A stretch of DNA of 64,000 bases, taken from positions 24,528-88,527 of the forward strand of contig DLQJ01000016.1 in NCBI GenBank assembly GCA_002477545.1, read 5' to 3'. Each line of letters begins with the position of its first letter. The first letter of the stretch is position 1. Positions 8,256 through 17,913 of the stretch are shown one piece after another. Source of the stretch: Patescibacteria group bacterium UBA7435 (lineage in GTDB: Bacteria > Patescibacteriota > Minisyncoccia > Phycocordibacterales > UBA918). The notes beneath the pieces were generated by a model. That model searched no databases and had not been told where the DNA came from. It was given only the letters and a program-made list of their open reading frames with translations. The translations under genes were made by a program, and so were the position numbers.

Positions 8256-10728
8256 AGAAATAGACGATTGAAGCGATGGAATCACCCGCTCGCATCTTCA
8301 TCACCTTCACCCCTTGCGTATCTCGTCCAAGCGTCGGAACATCCTTAAGCGGTAGCTTAATCACCTGTCCTTTCTTGCTCATTACCACCAACTCTCCTTC
8401 TTTTCGATCTTCCAGAGTAAGCGCTGCTGCTCCAACTACTTTTCCAGTCTTAGAGGTTACCTTTGCAGTCTTAATACCACTTCCTCCACGATTTTGTGTT
8501 TTGTATTCTTTTGCGTGAGTAGTTTTACCAAATCCATTTTCCATTACCACCAAGATCTCTCGGTCGGCCTCTCCCTTCTTAAGCACATCAGCAGAAACGA
8601 TATGGTCATCCTTCTTCATCTTCATACCCGTAACTCCAGCTGCAGTACGCCCCATTTGACGCACATCTTCTTCTTTAAAGCGGATTGCTTGTCCATTGTA
8701 TGTAATAAGAGACACCTCATCACCTGCACCAACAAATGATGCCGCAATTAACGAGTCTTCTGATTTAAGCGTAATCGCAATAAGTCCGCTTCGTCGTACG
8801 TCCTTAAATGCTGACGCATCAGATTTCTTGATCACACCGTTTTTTGTCACCATCATCAAGCTCCAGTCTCCCTCCCAATCTTCTTTACGTACCGGAAGTA
8901 CCGAAGTAACACGCTCATCAGCGGTCATAGATAAGAAGTTCATGATTGACTTACCTTTAGTTGCTCGACGTCCTTCAGGAATCTCATACATCTTGCATTG
9001 GTATACCTTTCCTTTATCAGTAAAGAACAGAAGGTCACTGTGTGCTGAAGTAGTTAGAAGTGTTGTTACCACATCTTCTTCTTTGGTATTAAGATCAACC
9101 ACACCAACACCACCACGTTTCTGTGTTTTGTATTCTGATGGGTTGGTTCGCTTTACGTATCCACCCTGCGTAAGCACCAATACACTTTCTTCGTCGGCGA
9201 TAAGATCTTCAGGACTCATGTTTTTCACACCTCCCTTTACGATCTTAGTACGTCGATCGTCACCAAACTTCTGTGCAGCCTCAGCAAGCTCGGACTTCAC
9301 AATCCCCATCATCTTCTTCTTGTTCTTAAGAATTGCTTCGAGTTCTTTAATGAGCGTTTGCAGAATTGCTAACTCATCCTCAATCTTCTTACGCTCAAGT
9401 CCTGCGAGCTTCTGCAATCGCATATCAAGAATCGCCTGTGCTTGCACCTCAGAGAATTTAAATTCCTTCATCAATGCAGCGTGTGCTGTTGGCACATCCT
9501 TTGCTGCTCGAATAAGTTTAATGATCTTATCAATATGATCCAGTGCCTTCTTCAGACCAAGCAAGATATGCTCTCGATCTTGTGCCTTAGTCAGGTCGTA
9601 TTGTGTACGACGCTTGATTACATCAGCTCGATGCTTAATGTACTCCTCAAGAATCACCTTTAATGAGAGTGTCTGTGGCACACCGTTAACCAACGCCACC
9701 ATGTTGTAATGGAACGTATCTTCAAGTTGTGTGTGCTTGTATAGTTTATTTAAAACAGTCTGTGGATTTCCAGTAGAACGTAGGTCAATTACTACACGAA
9801 TATCTGAAGTAGACTCATCTCGCATTTCTTTAATACCCTCAATCTTCTTATCGCGCACAAGGTTTGCAATCTTCTCCTGCATGTCCGCCTTGTTCACACG
9901 GAATGGGATAGAGGTAATGATGATTGAGAAGTTTCCTTTCTTGTCTTCTACTATCTCAGCTTCACCACGCACTACCACTCCTCCTTTACCGTTAGCATAT
10001 GCGTGTGCGATTGCCTTTTTATCAAATGCTACTCCTCCCATTGGGAAGTCAGGGCCTTGCACAAACTTAAGTAGATCATTAGTCGATGCTTCAGGGTTGT
10101 CAATCAAATGTTCAACAGCTGCTGCAATTTCTCGCAGGTTGTGAGGAGGGATATTTGTTGCCATTCCTACGGCAATACCAAGAGTACCCATCAAAAGAAG
10201 GTTCGGTAGTCCGGCAGGAAGTACCTCTGGCTCTTTCTTCGTCCCGTCAAAGTTTGGACGCCAGTTTACCGTGTCTTTTTCTAGATCACGTAACATCTCT
10301 TCAGAGATCTTCGACATTTTTGCTTCAGTATATCGATATGCAGCAGCTGAGTCACCATCAATAGAACCAAAGTTTCCTTGTCCGATAACCATTGGGTACC
10401 GAGTGGTAAACTCCTGAGCAAGCTTTACCATTGATTCGTACACAGCTGTGTCCCCATGCGGATGGAAACTACCAAGAACGTCCCCAACTACCGTTGCAGA
10501 CTTTCGAAATTTTGCAGTTGAGGTTAGACCATTAAGACGCATCGAGTATAAAATACGTCGGTGCACAGGCTTCAGACCATCACGAACATCAGGCAGAGCC
10601 CGCGATGTAATCACTGACATTGCGTAATCAAGATATGCTGTACGCATCTCATCAGCGATATTCTGAGGAATGATCCCACGAATGTTTTCAGGTGCTGCGC
10701 TGTCTTCCTTAATAGTCTTTTTCGGCAT
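8254..10728 (-). CDS. gyrA: DNA gyrase subunit A
   Basis: 824 aa; N-terminal GyrA pattern ([26 protein letters not shown]) and C-terminal beta-pinwheel repeats. Confidence 0.95.
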   Translation of the reverse strand: MPKKTIKEDSAAPENIRGIIPQNIADEMRTAYLDYAMSVITSRALPDVRDGLKPVHRRILYSMRLNGLTSTAKFRKSATVVGDVLGSFHPHGDTAVYESMVKLAQEFTTRYPMVIGQGNFGSIDGDSAAAYRYTEAKMSKISEEMLRDLEKDTVNWRPNFDGTKKEPEVLPAGLPNLLLMGTLGIAVGMATNIPPHNLREIAAAVEHLIDNPEASTNDLLKFVQGPDFPMGGVAFDKKAIAHAYANGKGGVVVRGEAEIVEDKKGNFSIIITSIPFRVNKADMQEKIANLVRDKKIEGIKEMRDESTSDIRVVIDLRSTGNPQTVLNKLYKHTQLEDTFHYNMVALVNGVPQTLSLKVILEEYIKHRADVIKRRTQYDLTKAQDREHILLGLKKALDHIDKIIKLIRAAKDVPTAHAALMKEFKFSEVQAQAILDMRLQKLAGLERKKIEDELAILQTLIKELEAILKNKKKMMGIVKSELAEAAQKFGDDRRTKIVKGGVKNMSPEDLIADEESVLVLTQGGYVKRTNPSEYKTQKRGGVGVVDLNTKEEDVVTTLLTTSAHSDLLFFTDKGKVYQCKMYEIPEGRRATKGKSIMNFLSMTADERVTSVLPVRKEDWEGDWSLMMVTKNGVIKKSDASAFKDVRRSGLIAITLKSEDSLIAASFVGAGDEVSLITYNGQAIRFKEEDVRQMGRTAAGVTGMKMKKDDHIVSADVLKKGEADREILVVMENGFGKTTHAKEYKTQNRGGSGIKTAKVTSKTGKVVGAAALTLEDRKEGELVVMSKKGQVIKLPLKDVPTLGRDTQGVKVMKMRAGDSIASIVYF

Positions 10729-10786
10729 AGATTTCTGTAGCTACTAAAATGTCTGAATAAATATGATGATTATTGTAGCATAATCA

Positions 10787-11185
10787 CTACTGTGTTGAAG
10801 TACTCGTCTTCTTTGTGGTGGTTCCAATAAGGACCGTACGTTTTTGTACAGTTGGTTTCTCGACCTCAGGGGCTTCTGATGTGGTTGACGCTACAAAGAA
10901 AGTATTAAAGTCCATGCCGTCAACAATGATTTCTTCTGGGACTTCCGTTTCTTTCTCAGCCTCAGGGGTAGAAATTAAATTACGAAGATCTGAAAAGGTT
11001 CGAGAAACACCGCCTTGCAATTCAACTTCTGGCGTTGCTACCGTATTAAAAAATGCAAGTTTGGCGGGTACACTCACTAACCAGAAAAGTATTATCACCG
11101 AGGTAAACAAAGCTGCCGTCCAGAACGCATATCTGTTTCGGACTTCTTTGGGTGCTTTTCGCAATGCTTCAATTTTTTTTAACAT
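10787..11185 (-). CDS. Hypothetical membrane-anchored protein
   Basis: 132-aa ORF with one TM helix and Thr/Glu-rich tail; no recognisable domain. Confidence 0.4.
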   Translation of the reverse strand: MLKKIEALRKAPKEVRNRYAFWTAALFTSVIILFWLVSVPAKLAFFNTVATPEVELQGGVSRTFSDLRNLISTPEAEKETEVPEEIIVDGMDFNTFFVASTTSEAPEVEKPTVQKRTVLIGTTTKKTSTSTQ

Positions 11186-11384
11186 GAATGAATGAATAAA
11201 GAAGTGTAACGACTATTATGAATTGCCCTAATTTTTAAGAAGACCTCAGTCGACTATAAAAATGGAAATACCCTTGGGGTGCACGTCCCGATTTTTTTCT
11301 CCCCTGAGAAAATCGCTGGACGAAGAAACTCTCAAGTATCACCTAACTTTAAATAGAGATCCTCAGTTACATCATCTTTTCTTT

Positions 11385-12005
11385 TTACGACTTCAACACA
11401 TGAATCTCACCGCTCATCACTGCGACATCCTTCTTCTTAAGTGTCAGTTTATCTTCTGGCTTTCCGTTAGAACTCCCTTCTTCTTTAAGAAAGGCCTCGA
11501 GTGCTGCTTTTTCGTAATGCATTGGGATAATACACTTCGCCTCAAGTTTTGTTGCAAGCTTCGAAGCTTGTGGAACCTCAAGCACATCACCTCCACCAAT
11601 AGGAACAAAGAGAATATCAATATCTCCTAATTCCCCAAGAATCTTTGGGTCAATCTCATGATCGCTTAATGCACCAAGGAACACAATATTCATACCTTCA
11701 AGTGTCACCTGATAGATTGTGTTGTATCGCTCTACTTTATCGTAGGTGGTTTTCACTCCATATCCTCGACCTGTTACGTCACCAATTTCATATTCTCCAG
11801 GGCCGTCAACCACAAATGGTTGCTTATTACCGTGTGCAACTTGATCTGCTCCATTAAAATCAGCGTGCTGCATTGAAATAAACGCAACGTCAGAACCAAA
11901 CTTAACTGCTGATAACTTCGATTTCTTCGAAATAGGGTCAAATGCAAGCGTTGTGTCACCAAATGACACCTTAAAGCACTGCCCACCGTGATGTGTAATT
12001 ACCAT
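11385..12005 (-). CDS. MBL-fold metal-dependent hydrolase (UPF0173-like)
   Basis: MVITHHGGQCFKV N-terminus and metallo-beta-lactamase-like His/Asp pattern; start moved to an internal ATG because the ORF-track start is a TTG. Confidence 0.6.
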   Translation of the reverse strand: MVITHHGGQCFKVSFGDTTLAFDPISKKSKLSAVKFGSDVAFISMQHADFNGADQVAHGNKQPFVVDGPGEYEIGDVTGRGYGVKTTYDKVERYNTIYQVTLEGMNIVFLGALSDHEIDPKILGELGDIDILFVPIGGGDVLEVPQASKLATKLEAKCIIPMHYEKAALEAFLKEEGSSNGKPEDKLTLKKKDVAVMSGEIHVLKS

Positions 12006-12315
12006 AATGGCACTAGTATACAGCAAGACCTACTTTTGTGTATATATTTACAGAATGTGTACATGACTTAAAGTAAAAGCATTATCAGGTCGTAACACTT
12101 TAAAAACTTGACAAATCTGTCTGAAGGTGTTAAAGTAGTTGCAGTAACGAGTATCAAGACGTGTGTATTACGTCTAGTGCCCAGTACCTTAACGATTACT
12201 GACTTGTATGTTAGACGAGTAACGAGTGTTTGAAGACGGAACGCGTATTGTTCCAAATTATTTAGAATACCCTCCTCTCTTCCTGCAATTTGCTGAATTG
12301 TAATTCAGGAAGAAT

Positions 12316-12350
12316 AAAGGCTGTCACAAATTTGTGACAGCCTTTTTTAT
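12316..12350 (+). terminator. Rho-independent terminator on + strand with no upstream + gene (ends a candidate sRNA)
   Basis: aaaggctgtcacaaatttgtgacagcctttttt; putative promoter TTGACA-17-TAAAGT at 12108-12136. Confidence 0.45.
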
Positions 12351-12573
12351 TGCACATTTCACTATATATAGTATAGTAGCGCCACTTCAAATGAAGTTTA
12401 CTACCGAGCGAACGAGCGTCGCAGAAATGTTTACATTTCTATGACCGAGTGAGCGAAGGAAGGAACGCAGTTATTAATTTCTAGCGACACACGTTAAATC
12501 CCGCGCTCACGGACTATGGCCAGAGCATCGGTTGCGCGGACGCGTGTCGTCGGATACAAACACATATTTTATT

Positions 12574-13674
12574 ATGTCAGAAGCAACTACAACAGTTGAG
12601 ACTGGAGCAATGCATACATACATTGCTGAAAGTCCCGCACCACCAAAAGTTGGTGAATTAATCGAAGGAACCGTCTCAGCAATCGGCCGAGCGCGTGTAT
12701 TTATCGACCTACATCCTTTCGGATCAGGTCTAATTTTCGGACGTGAATACATGAACGCACGAGACATCCTGCGAAAAGTATCAGTTGGAGACTCAATCGC
12801 TGCGAAAGTAGTTGATGCAGGAAACCAAGATGGATACATTGAACTATCACTTAAGGAAGCGCGACAAGCACTTATCTGGGGTGACGCTGAAGCTGCAGCA
12901 AAGAGTCAGAACATCCTTTCTCTTGAAGTTAAGGAAGCAAACAAGGGAGGACTTATCATCGAATGGCAAGGCATCATGGGGTTCCTTCCAGCATCACAGC
13001 TTTCTGCTGAAAACTACCCACGGGTAGCTGATGGAGATAAGGATAAAATCCTAACTGCTCTAAACGACTTGGTTGGTAAGAACCTGAACGTGATCATCAT
13101 CACTGCTGATCAGAAGGAAGGAAAACTTATCTTCTCAGAAAAGGGTCCACAAGAAACAAAGGCGAAGGAAGAAAAGGTAAACAAATACGAAGTTGGTAAC
13201 GTACTTAACGGTGAAGTTACTGGAGCAGTAGACTTCGGAGTATTTGTAAAGATCGAAGATGGTCTAGAAGGACTTGTACACATCTCTGAGCTAGATTGGG
13301 GACTTGTAGAAGACACACGTACACTCTTCAAGGTTGGAGATAAGGTACAGGTGAAGGTTATTGAAGTGAAGGACGACAAGATTTCACTCTCAATCAAGCA
13401 ACTACGAGAAAACCCATGGAGCACCGCAGCTTCTAAGTACAAGAAAGATGACTCTGTAAACGGAGTGGTAATCAAGTACAACAAGCATGGTGCACTTGCA
13501 TCAATTGAAGAAGGTGTTGCAGGACTCGTACACATCTCTGAATTTGAAAGTGAAGACGATCTGAAGACACAACTTCCACTTGGAAGTGTGCACCAGTTCA
13601 AGATCTCACTATTTGAACCAAAAGAACAACGAATGACGCTGACGTTCAAGGAGGCAGAGGCTAAAACTGAATAG
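12574..13674 (+). CDS. rpsA: 30S ribosomal protein S1 (short form with four S1-like domains)
   Basis: Repeated S1 OB-fold motifs (e.g. GEVTGAVDFGVFVKI...GLVHISEL); start chosen at internal ATG (MSEATT). Confidence 0.75.
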   Translation: MSEATTTVETGAMHTYIAESPAPPKVGELIEGTVSAIGRARVFIDLHPFGSGLIFGREYMNARDILRKVSVGDSIAAKVVDAGNQDGYIELSLKEARQALIWGDAEAAAKSQNILSLEVKEANKGGLIIEWQGIMGFLPASQLSAENYPRVADGDKDKILTALNDLVGKNLNVIIITADQKEGKLIFSEKGPQETKAKEEKVNKYEVGNVLNGEVTGAVDFGVFVKIEDGLEGLVHISELDWGLVEDTRTLFKVGDKVQVKVIEVKDDKISLSIKQLRENPWSTAASKYKKDDSVNGVVIKYNKHGALASIEEGVAGLVHISEFESEDDLKTQLPLGSVHQFKISLFEPKEQRMTLTFKEAEAKTE

Positions 13675-13687
13675 TCGAGCTCAACAA

Positions 13688-13722
13688 AAAGAAAAGCACC
13701 CAACTGGGTGCTTTTCTTTTTG
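13688..13722. terminator. Bidirectional terminator between rpsA and pth (convergent)
   Basis: gaaaagcacccaactgggtgcttttc flanked by A-run and T-run. Confidence 0.6.
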
Positions 13723-13731
13723 CGTGTGATC

Positions 13732-14313
13732 TTAGTTATATTGATTCATCGTCTTCTCCAGCCCTTCAGTAACCAGACACTCTATCGCCTTTGTTGCATA
13801 CATAAGTGACTGCTCCACATCCTTCTGCTCCCTTTTCTTAAAATCCCCTAGTACATGCTTCGGCAGCCGCGCGCCCTTAGGCCGCTTAGTAGCTCCAAAG
13901 AAACTTACTGGAGCAATACCAACACGCACACGAACAAAATCCTTAGTACCCAACGACGCAATAATAGATTTAATGCCGTTATGTCCTCCATCCCCTCTTC
14001 CTGATGAGACTTTAATCTCACCCGTGGGTAGATCAACATCGTCATACACCACCACAAGATTTCCTTCAGCTCCCTTGGGTACAAGTTTTTTAACTGCGCT
14101 ACCTGACTTATTCATGAACGTGTCTGGGTACAGCAAGGTTACCTCGTGCTCGCCGAGCATTCCTTCAGACACACGTCCCGCAAACTTACTTGAAGTGAAT
14201 GGCGACGGAAGTCCCTTGGTTTCAATTAGATAATTCAAAACCATCCACCCGACGTTGTGTCGGGTGGTTTCATATTCTTTTCCGGGGTTACCTAACCCAA
14301 CGATATAAAACAT
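13732..14313 (-). CDS. pth: Peptidyl-tRNA hydrolase
   Basis: N-terminus MFYIVGLGNPGKEYETTRHNVG and the HNG motif (RGDGGHNGIKS). Confidence 0.9.
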   Translation of the reverse strand: MFYIVGLGNPGKEYETTRHNVGWMVLNYLIETKGLPSPFTSSKFAGRVSEGMLGEHEVTLLYPDTFMNKSGSAVKKLVPKGAEGNLVVVYDDVDLPTGEIKVSSGRGDGGHNGIKSIIASLGTKDFVRVRVGIAPVSFFGATKRPKGARLPKHVLGDFKKREQKDVEQSLMYATKAIECLVTEGLEKTMNQYN

Positions 14314-14332
14314 ACGTGCAGTATAGCAAACG

Positions 14333-14390
14333 AAATGTGTAAGGGTAGTCCTTTCACATCATGATGTGAAAGGACTACCCTTACACATTT
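14333..14390. repeat. Perfect 58-bp palindrome (29-bp arms, no spacer) in the pth/lepB divergent intergenic region
   Basis: aaatgtgtaagggtagtcctttcacatca|tgatgtgaaaggactacccttacacattt, followed on + by acgctttttt and a second small hairpin ttttgctttgaagcaaaa. Confidence 0.8.
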
Positions 14391-14454
14391 ACGCTTTTTT
14401 GCTTTGAAGCAAAATTTCGATTATACTAGTACATAATACATTTCTAACAACGTT

Positions 14455-15105
14455 ATGAGTACCTTACAAAACAACCAAACAGAAGATCAAAACACTGAGG
14501 AGATGGTTGTGAACAAGAAGGAAGGAAAGCAAATACATCCCCTTGCTGAGATTATTCAATTTGCGCTGATCGCACTGATCATCGTTATCCCAGTACGTTG
14601 GTTTATCGCACAACCATTCATCGTCTCAGGAGCTTCAATGGAAAACACCTTCCATTCAGGCGAGTATCTTATTGTTGATCAGTTATCGTATCGCTTTAGC
14701 GAACCAGAAGCAGGAGACGTGATTGTGTTTCGATATCCGCGCAATCCCTCAACTTTCTTTATTAAAAGAATCGTGGGTGCTCCTGGGGACACAATTGCTA
14801 TTGATGGAAATGTAGTAACGATAACCAACGACGAACATCCAAACGGCTATGTACTAGACGAGCCCTATATTGCTGATATGACTCCAAATACCTTCATAAC
14901 CGAAGAATTAGGAGATCGTGAATATTTTGTTATGGGTGACAATCGTGACAAAAGTTCAGACTCACGTGTATGGGGAATACTCCAAAGAGAAAACATCATT
15001 GGCGAAGCATTCTTACGACTCTTCCCTTTCAATGAAATTGATGTACACCCAGGAGAGTACATACTAACAGGAACTGATATAGGAGACGTTACTAACAGTA
15101 ATTAA
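14455..15105 (+). CDS. lepB: Signal peptidase I
   Basis: TM anchor, catalytic Ser box GASMENTF and GDNRDKSSDSR box. Confidence 0.85.
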   Translation: MSTLQNNQTEDQNTEEMVVNKKEGKQIHPLAEIIQFALIALIIVIPVRWFIAQPFIVSGASMENTFHSGEYLIVDQLSYRFSEPEAGDVIVFRYPRNPSTFFIKRIVGAPGDTIAIDGNVVTITNDEHPNGYVLDEPYIADMTPNTFITEELGDREYFVMGDNRDKSSDSRVWGILQRENIIGEAFLRLFPFNEIDVHPGEYILTGTDIGDVTNSN

Positions 15106-15113
15106 TAAATATT

Positions 15114-16292
15114 ATGGATGTCACTGCAACAGATTTTTTGAAACAAGCAACCAGCACCGCTGAATACTTCGGCTTCAAAACCGTCGATGCGGTAAAAAAA
15201 CATCCTGAATGTAAAAGCTGTAAAAAGAAACTGAAACATAGCGCTAGTGCGGTGGACCGTCGTAATGACGCACTACATGGCATGCTTACCTCAGGAATGA
15301 CTTCATTTTGTGATTCAAAGCTACATGAAATTGAAGCACCAGTGCTTTTCTATACCACCGAACAGGTCCCTCGCACCGGTGAGGCTGCTATCACCCTGCA
15401 GGTATTTAACGTAGAAAAAAGTATCGCTGAAGCAATACTCATTCACGCAACAAAGGCACTGGCTACTGATCTTGGCTTTGAAAACCATAGTGTACGTATC
15501 AACTCACTTGGTGATCGTGATTCTTCAGTACGGTACATCCGCGAACTTACTAACTACCTCAAGAAACGCATGGACGATATGCCTGAGGCTGCACGTGAAC
15601 TCATGAAAGAGCATTCTCTAACCGCACTTGCACACCTCATTGAAAAAGACCACGAACTTGCATACAAAACACCAAATCCGCTTGAATACCTTACCGATAA
15701 AAGCCGGAAGCACTTCAGAGAAATTATCGAATACTTAGACCTTGCTGATACCCAGTACGAAATTGATCCAAAACTTATTGGACATCATGAGTGCTATTCT
15801 GATGCATTATTCAGCATCGATATGCTCGACGATGAAGGTTCTCGAATACAACAACCAGAGCTTATGATTAAGGGTGGTCGCTACAACGAATTTGTATATC
15901 GAAACACAGAGCGTCATATTCCGGCTGCAGGAGCAGTGGTGGTATTGCGCGACAAGAAAGGACCCGCGCGCTTCCCTAAGGTAAAGCTCGCAGTGCCATC
16001 AGTATACGTAGTACAACTTGGCTTTGGACCTAAGATCAAAAGCCTTATCCTTGTAGACGAACTACGTAAATCAGGTATTCACGTACATCAAAACCTTGCA
16101 TGTGATTCACTCTCAGAACAATTACGGGATGCAGAAGCCAAAGGAGTCACCTATACTGTCATTACCGGACAAAAAGAGTTTGTAGAAGGTGCAGTGATCC
16201 TCCGCGACATGCGTGCCCGAACACAAGAACAAATCTCAACTGAAGCCTTGCTCACAAGATTACGACGATCTTCCAAAGTAGCGAGTATATAA
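15114..16292 (+). CDS. Histidyl-tRNA synthetase-like class II protein (divergent; canonical motifs 1/2 not recognisable)
   Basis: Class II motif-3-like GGRYN; C-terminal anticodon-binding-domain pattern (VYVVQLG...ILVDELRKSGI...GVTYTVITGQKE); the collinear HisRS-like middle region was judged from recalled E. coli HisRS, not an alignment. Confidence 0.5.
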   Translation: MDVTATDFLKQATSTAEYFGFKTVDAVKKHPECKSCKKKLKHSASAVDRRNDALHGMLTSGMTSFCDSKLHEIEAPVLFYTTEQVPRTGEAAITLQVFNVEKSIAEAILIHATKALATDLGFENHSVRINSLGDRDSSVRYIRELTNYLKKRMDDMPEAARELMKEHSLTALAHLIEKDHELAYKTPNPLEYLTDKSRKHFREIIEYLDLADTQYEIDPKLIGHHECYSDALFSIDMLDDEGSRIQQPELMIKGGRYNEFVYRNTERHIPAAGAVVVLRDKKGPARFPKVKLAVPSVYVVQLGFGPKIKSLILVDELRKSGIHVHQNLACDSLSEQLRDAEAKGVTYTVITGQKEFVEGAVILRDMRARTQEQISTEALLTRLRRSSKVASI

Positions 16293-16294
16293 GT

Positions 16295-16326
16295 AAAAAA
16301 GCCGAGGCGGTTGCCTCGGCTTTTTT
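16295..16326. terminator. Bidirectional terminator
   Basis: aaaaaagccgaggcggttgcctcggctttttt. Confidence 0.65.
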
Positions 16327-16328
16327 GA

Positions 16329-17000
16329 TCACGCTTCCATTAGTGATCGATATAGTGGGTCAGCTCTCATTCGCGCACTGTGTTCTTCAGCACGAATTTC
16401 TTTCATCGTCTGTGCGAACCACTGCATTTCCGAACCAGAGGGATGTCGCATGATCAGGAACTGTGCTGATAATTTTATTGTGACAACACGAGTAAACCAT
16501 TGCCCATCCTTCATGTACCGTTCTCCAACCATTACTTGATGACCTCTAGAGATACGCATAAGAGAGGTCTTAGCATCTTCCCATGCTTCACCCAAAACAA
16601 AGTGTCCATCTCGATAACGATTTGTTGGGTGCATAAGCACTCCACCGACAACCATTTCAAAAGGATCGCCAGTGTACGGATCGCCAAATGGAAGTACTAG
16701 ATTTGATGTGAGGTGTAAGATACAAGCATCTTTCCCTTCATCGCAAAGAACAGAGGTGGGACCTTTACGTACATAACATGCATTGTAGATTCTTTTGTCA
16801 GAACGCTCCGTGTCACTTAAATACAAGCCATCGGTCATGAGGCCCTTTTTTCTTCGTGAGAATTGTTGTTCCAAACAAAAATGTGGAATAAAGCGCACAT
16901 TGCCGTCCACGCAAGCCAATCCTTTTTCAAGGGCTCCGTACTGATTAAGCGTAATACAATTCTGATGAAGTCTACCAATACGGCTATGCTTCTTTTTCAT
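16329..17000 (-). CDS. Hypothetical protein (start uncertain; alternative start at 17075)
   Basis: ORF carrying two H-x-T/S-x motifs (HLTS, HPTN) but with spacing atypical for 2H phosphoesterases; the internal ATG at 17000 has an AAAGGA RBS. Confidence 0.35.
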   Translation of the reverse strand: MKKKHSRIGRLHQNCITLNQYGALEKGLACVDGNVRFIPHFCLEQQFSRRKKGLMTDGLYLSDTERSDKRIYNACYVRKGPTSVLCDEGKDACILHLTSNLVLPFGDPYTGDPFEMVVGGVLMHPTNRYRDGHFVLGEAWEDAKTSLMRISRGHQVMVGERYMKDGQWFTRVVTIKLSAQFLIMRHPSGSEMQWFAQTMKEIRAEEHSARMRADPLYRSLMEA

Positions 17001-17109
17001 GTTTTTTCCTTTCGAACTCAATCTATCAACATATAACCAAAATACACCATAAATAGCAATGGTAAACGCTTGCACTCCTTGGATGAAGATGCTATTCTTG
17101 CGCGCATAT

Positions 17110-17355
17110 ATGGCAATAAACGTTCAAATCGAAAAGAATAATAACGAAAGTAGCGCGAACGTAATTCGGCGTTTTACTAAGCGGGTGCAGGGATCAGGAA
17201 TTATCCCACGTATGCGTAAGAATCGTTATTTCACTCGTTTAAAGAGTGAAAATGTACGAAAGACAGGGCGTCTTAAGAAGCTTAATAAGAAAGCAATATA
17301 CGAGGAACAGTTGAAGCTTGGAAAAATCCAGGAACGACCAGGACGACGACGATAA
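17110..17355 (+). CDS. rpsU: 30S ribosomal protein S21
   Basis: MAINVQIEKNNNESSANVIRRFTKR matches the S21 consensus (V.V.ENE...ALRRFKR) and the basic C-terminus. Confidence 0.7.
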   Translation: MAINVQIEKNNNESSANVIRRFTKRVQGSGIIPRMRKNRYFTRLKSENVRKTGRLKKLNKKAIYEEQLKLGKIQERPGRRR

Positions 17356-17458
17356 GCATCATACAAAGAGCGGTCCTACGGACCGCTCTTTGTATACCCT
17401 TTCTATTACAAGGGCTAGCCTTGTAATCTGCTCATGCTAGACTTTACTCACAAATACT

Positions 17459-17839
17459 ATGGAAACATTTGCCATCACATCAACTGCACGCAGTTATCCA
17501 AAACTACCGTACGAAGCTATAAAAAACGATATTCTGGGCAAGAAATACGATCTTTCTTTGGCTTTTATTGGTGGGATTCGTGCACAAAAACTTAATGAGG
17601 AACATCGGGGTAAGATCTATACGCCAAACGTACTCTCCTTCCCTCTGGATGATGCTATCGGCGAAATATTCATTACACCTACCGTTGCTAAGAAAGAAGC
17701 TCATAAATTCAACCTCTCACACAAAGGGTACATAGGCTTTCTGTTCATTCATGGATGTCTACACCTCAAAGGTCTCCCGCATGGAGATAAAATGGACAAA
17801 CTCGAGCAAAAGTATGTAATGAAGTACAAACTGCGTTAA
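17459..17839 (+). CDS. ybeY: rRNA maturation endoribonuclease YbeY
   Basis: Metal-binding motif HGCLHLKGLPH; size 126 aa. Confidence 0.8.
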   Translation: METFAITSTARSYPKLPYEAIKNDILGKKYDLSLAFIGGIRAQKLNEEHRGKIYTPNVLSFPLDDAIGEIFITPTVAKKEAHKFNLSHKGYIGFLFIHGCLHLKGLPHGDKMDKLEQKYVMKYKLR

Positions 17840-17913
17840 AAGCCGTTATAGACCTATCCACAAGGGTATAGCAAGCCTGGGTGCTATACTATTACTAATA
17901 GAATCTAGGTATT

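Noticed and set aside
8696-9538. 280-aa + strand ORF antisense to gyrA, and several similar antisense ORFs (e.g. 9731-10144, 13110-13703 opposite rpsA, 46340-47140 opposite the O-antigen-ligase-like gene, 58787-59128 opposite pyrG)
   Set aside because: They lie entirely inside well-supported conserved genes on the other strand, are Ser/Thr/Cys-rich and low-complexity as is typical of antisense frames, and have no start context.
11262-11630. 122-aa + strand ORF
   Set aside because: It overlaps the 3' part of the MBL-fold hydrolase gene on the minus strand and has no RBS.
16329-17075. Assignment of this protein as a 2H phosphoesterase (LigT-like) from the HLTS/HPTN motifs
   Set aside because: The two H-x-T motifs are only ~30 residues apart rather than ~80, and the surrounding context does not fit. 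It is left as hypothetical.
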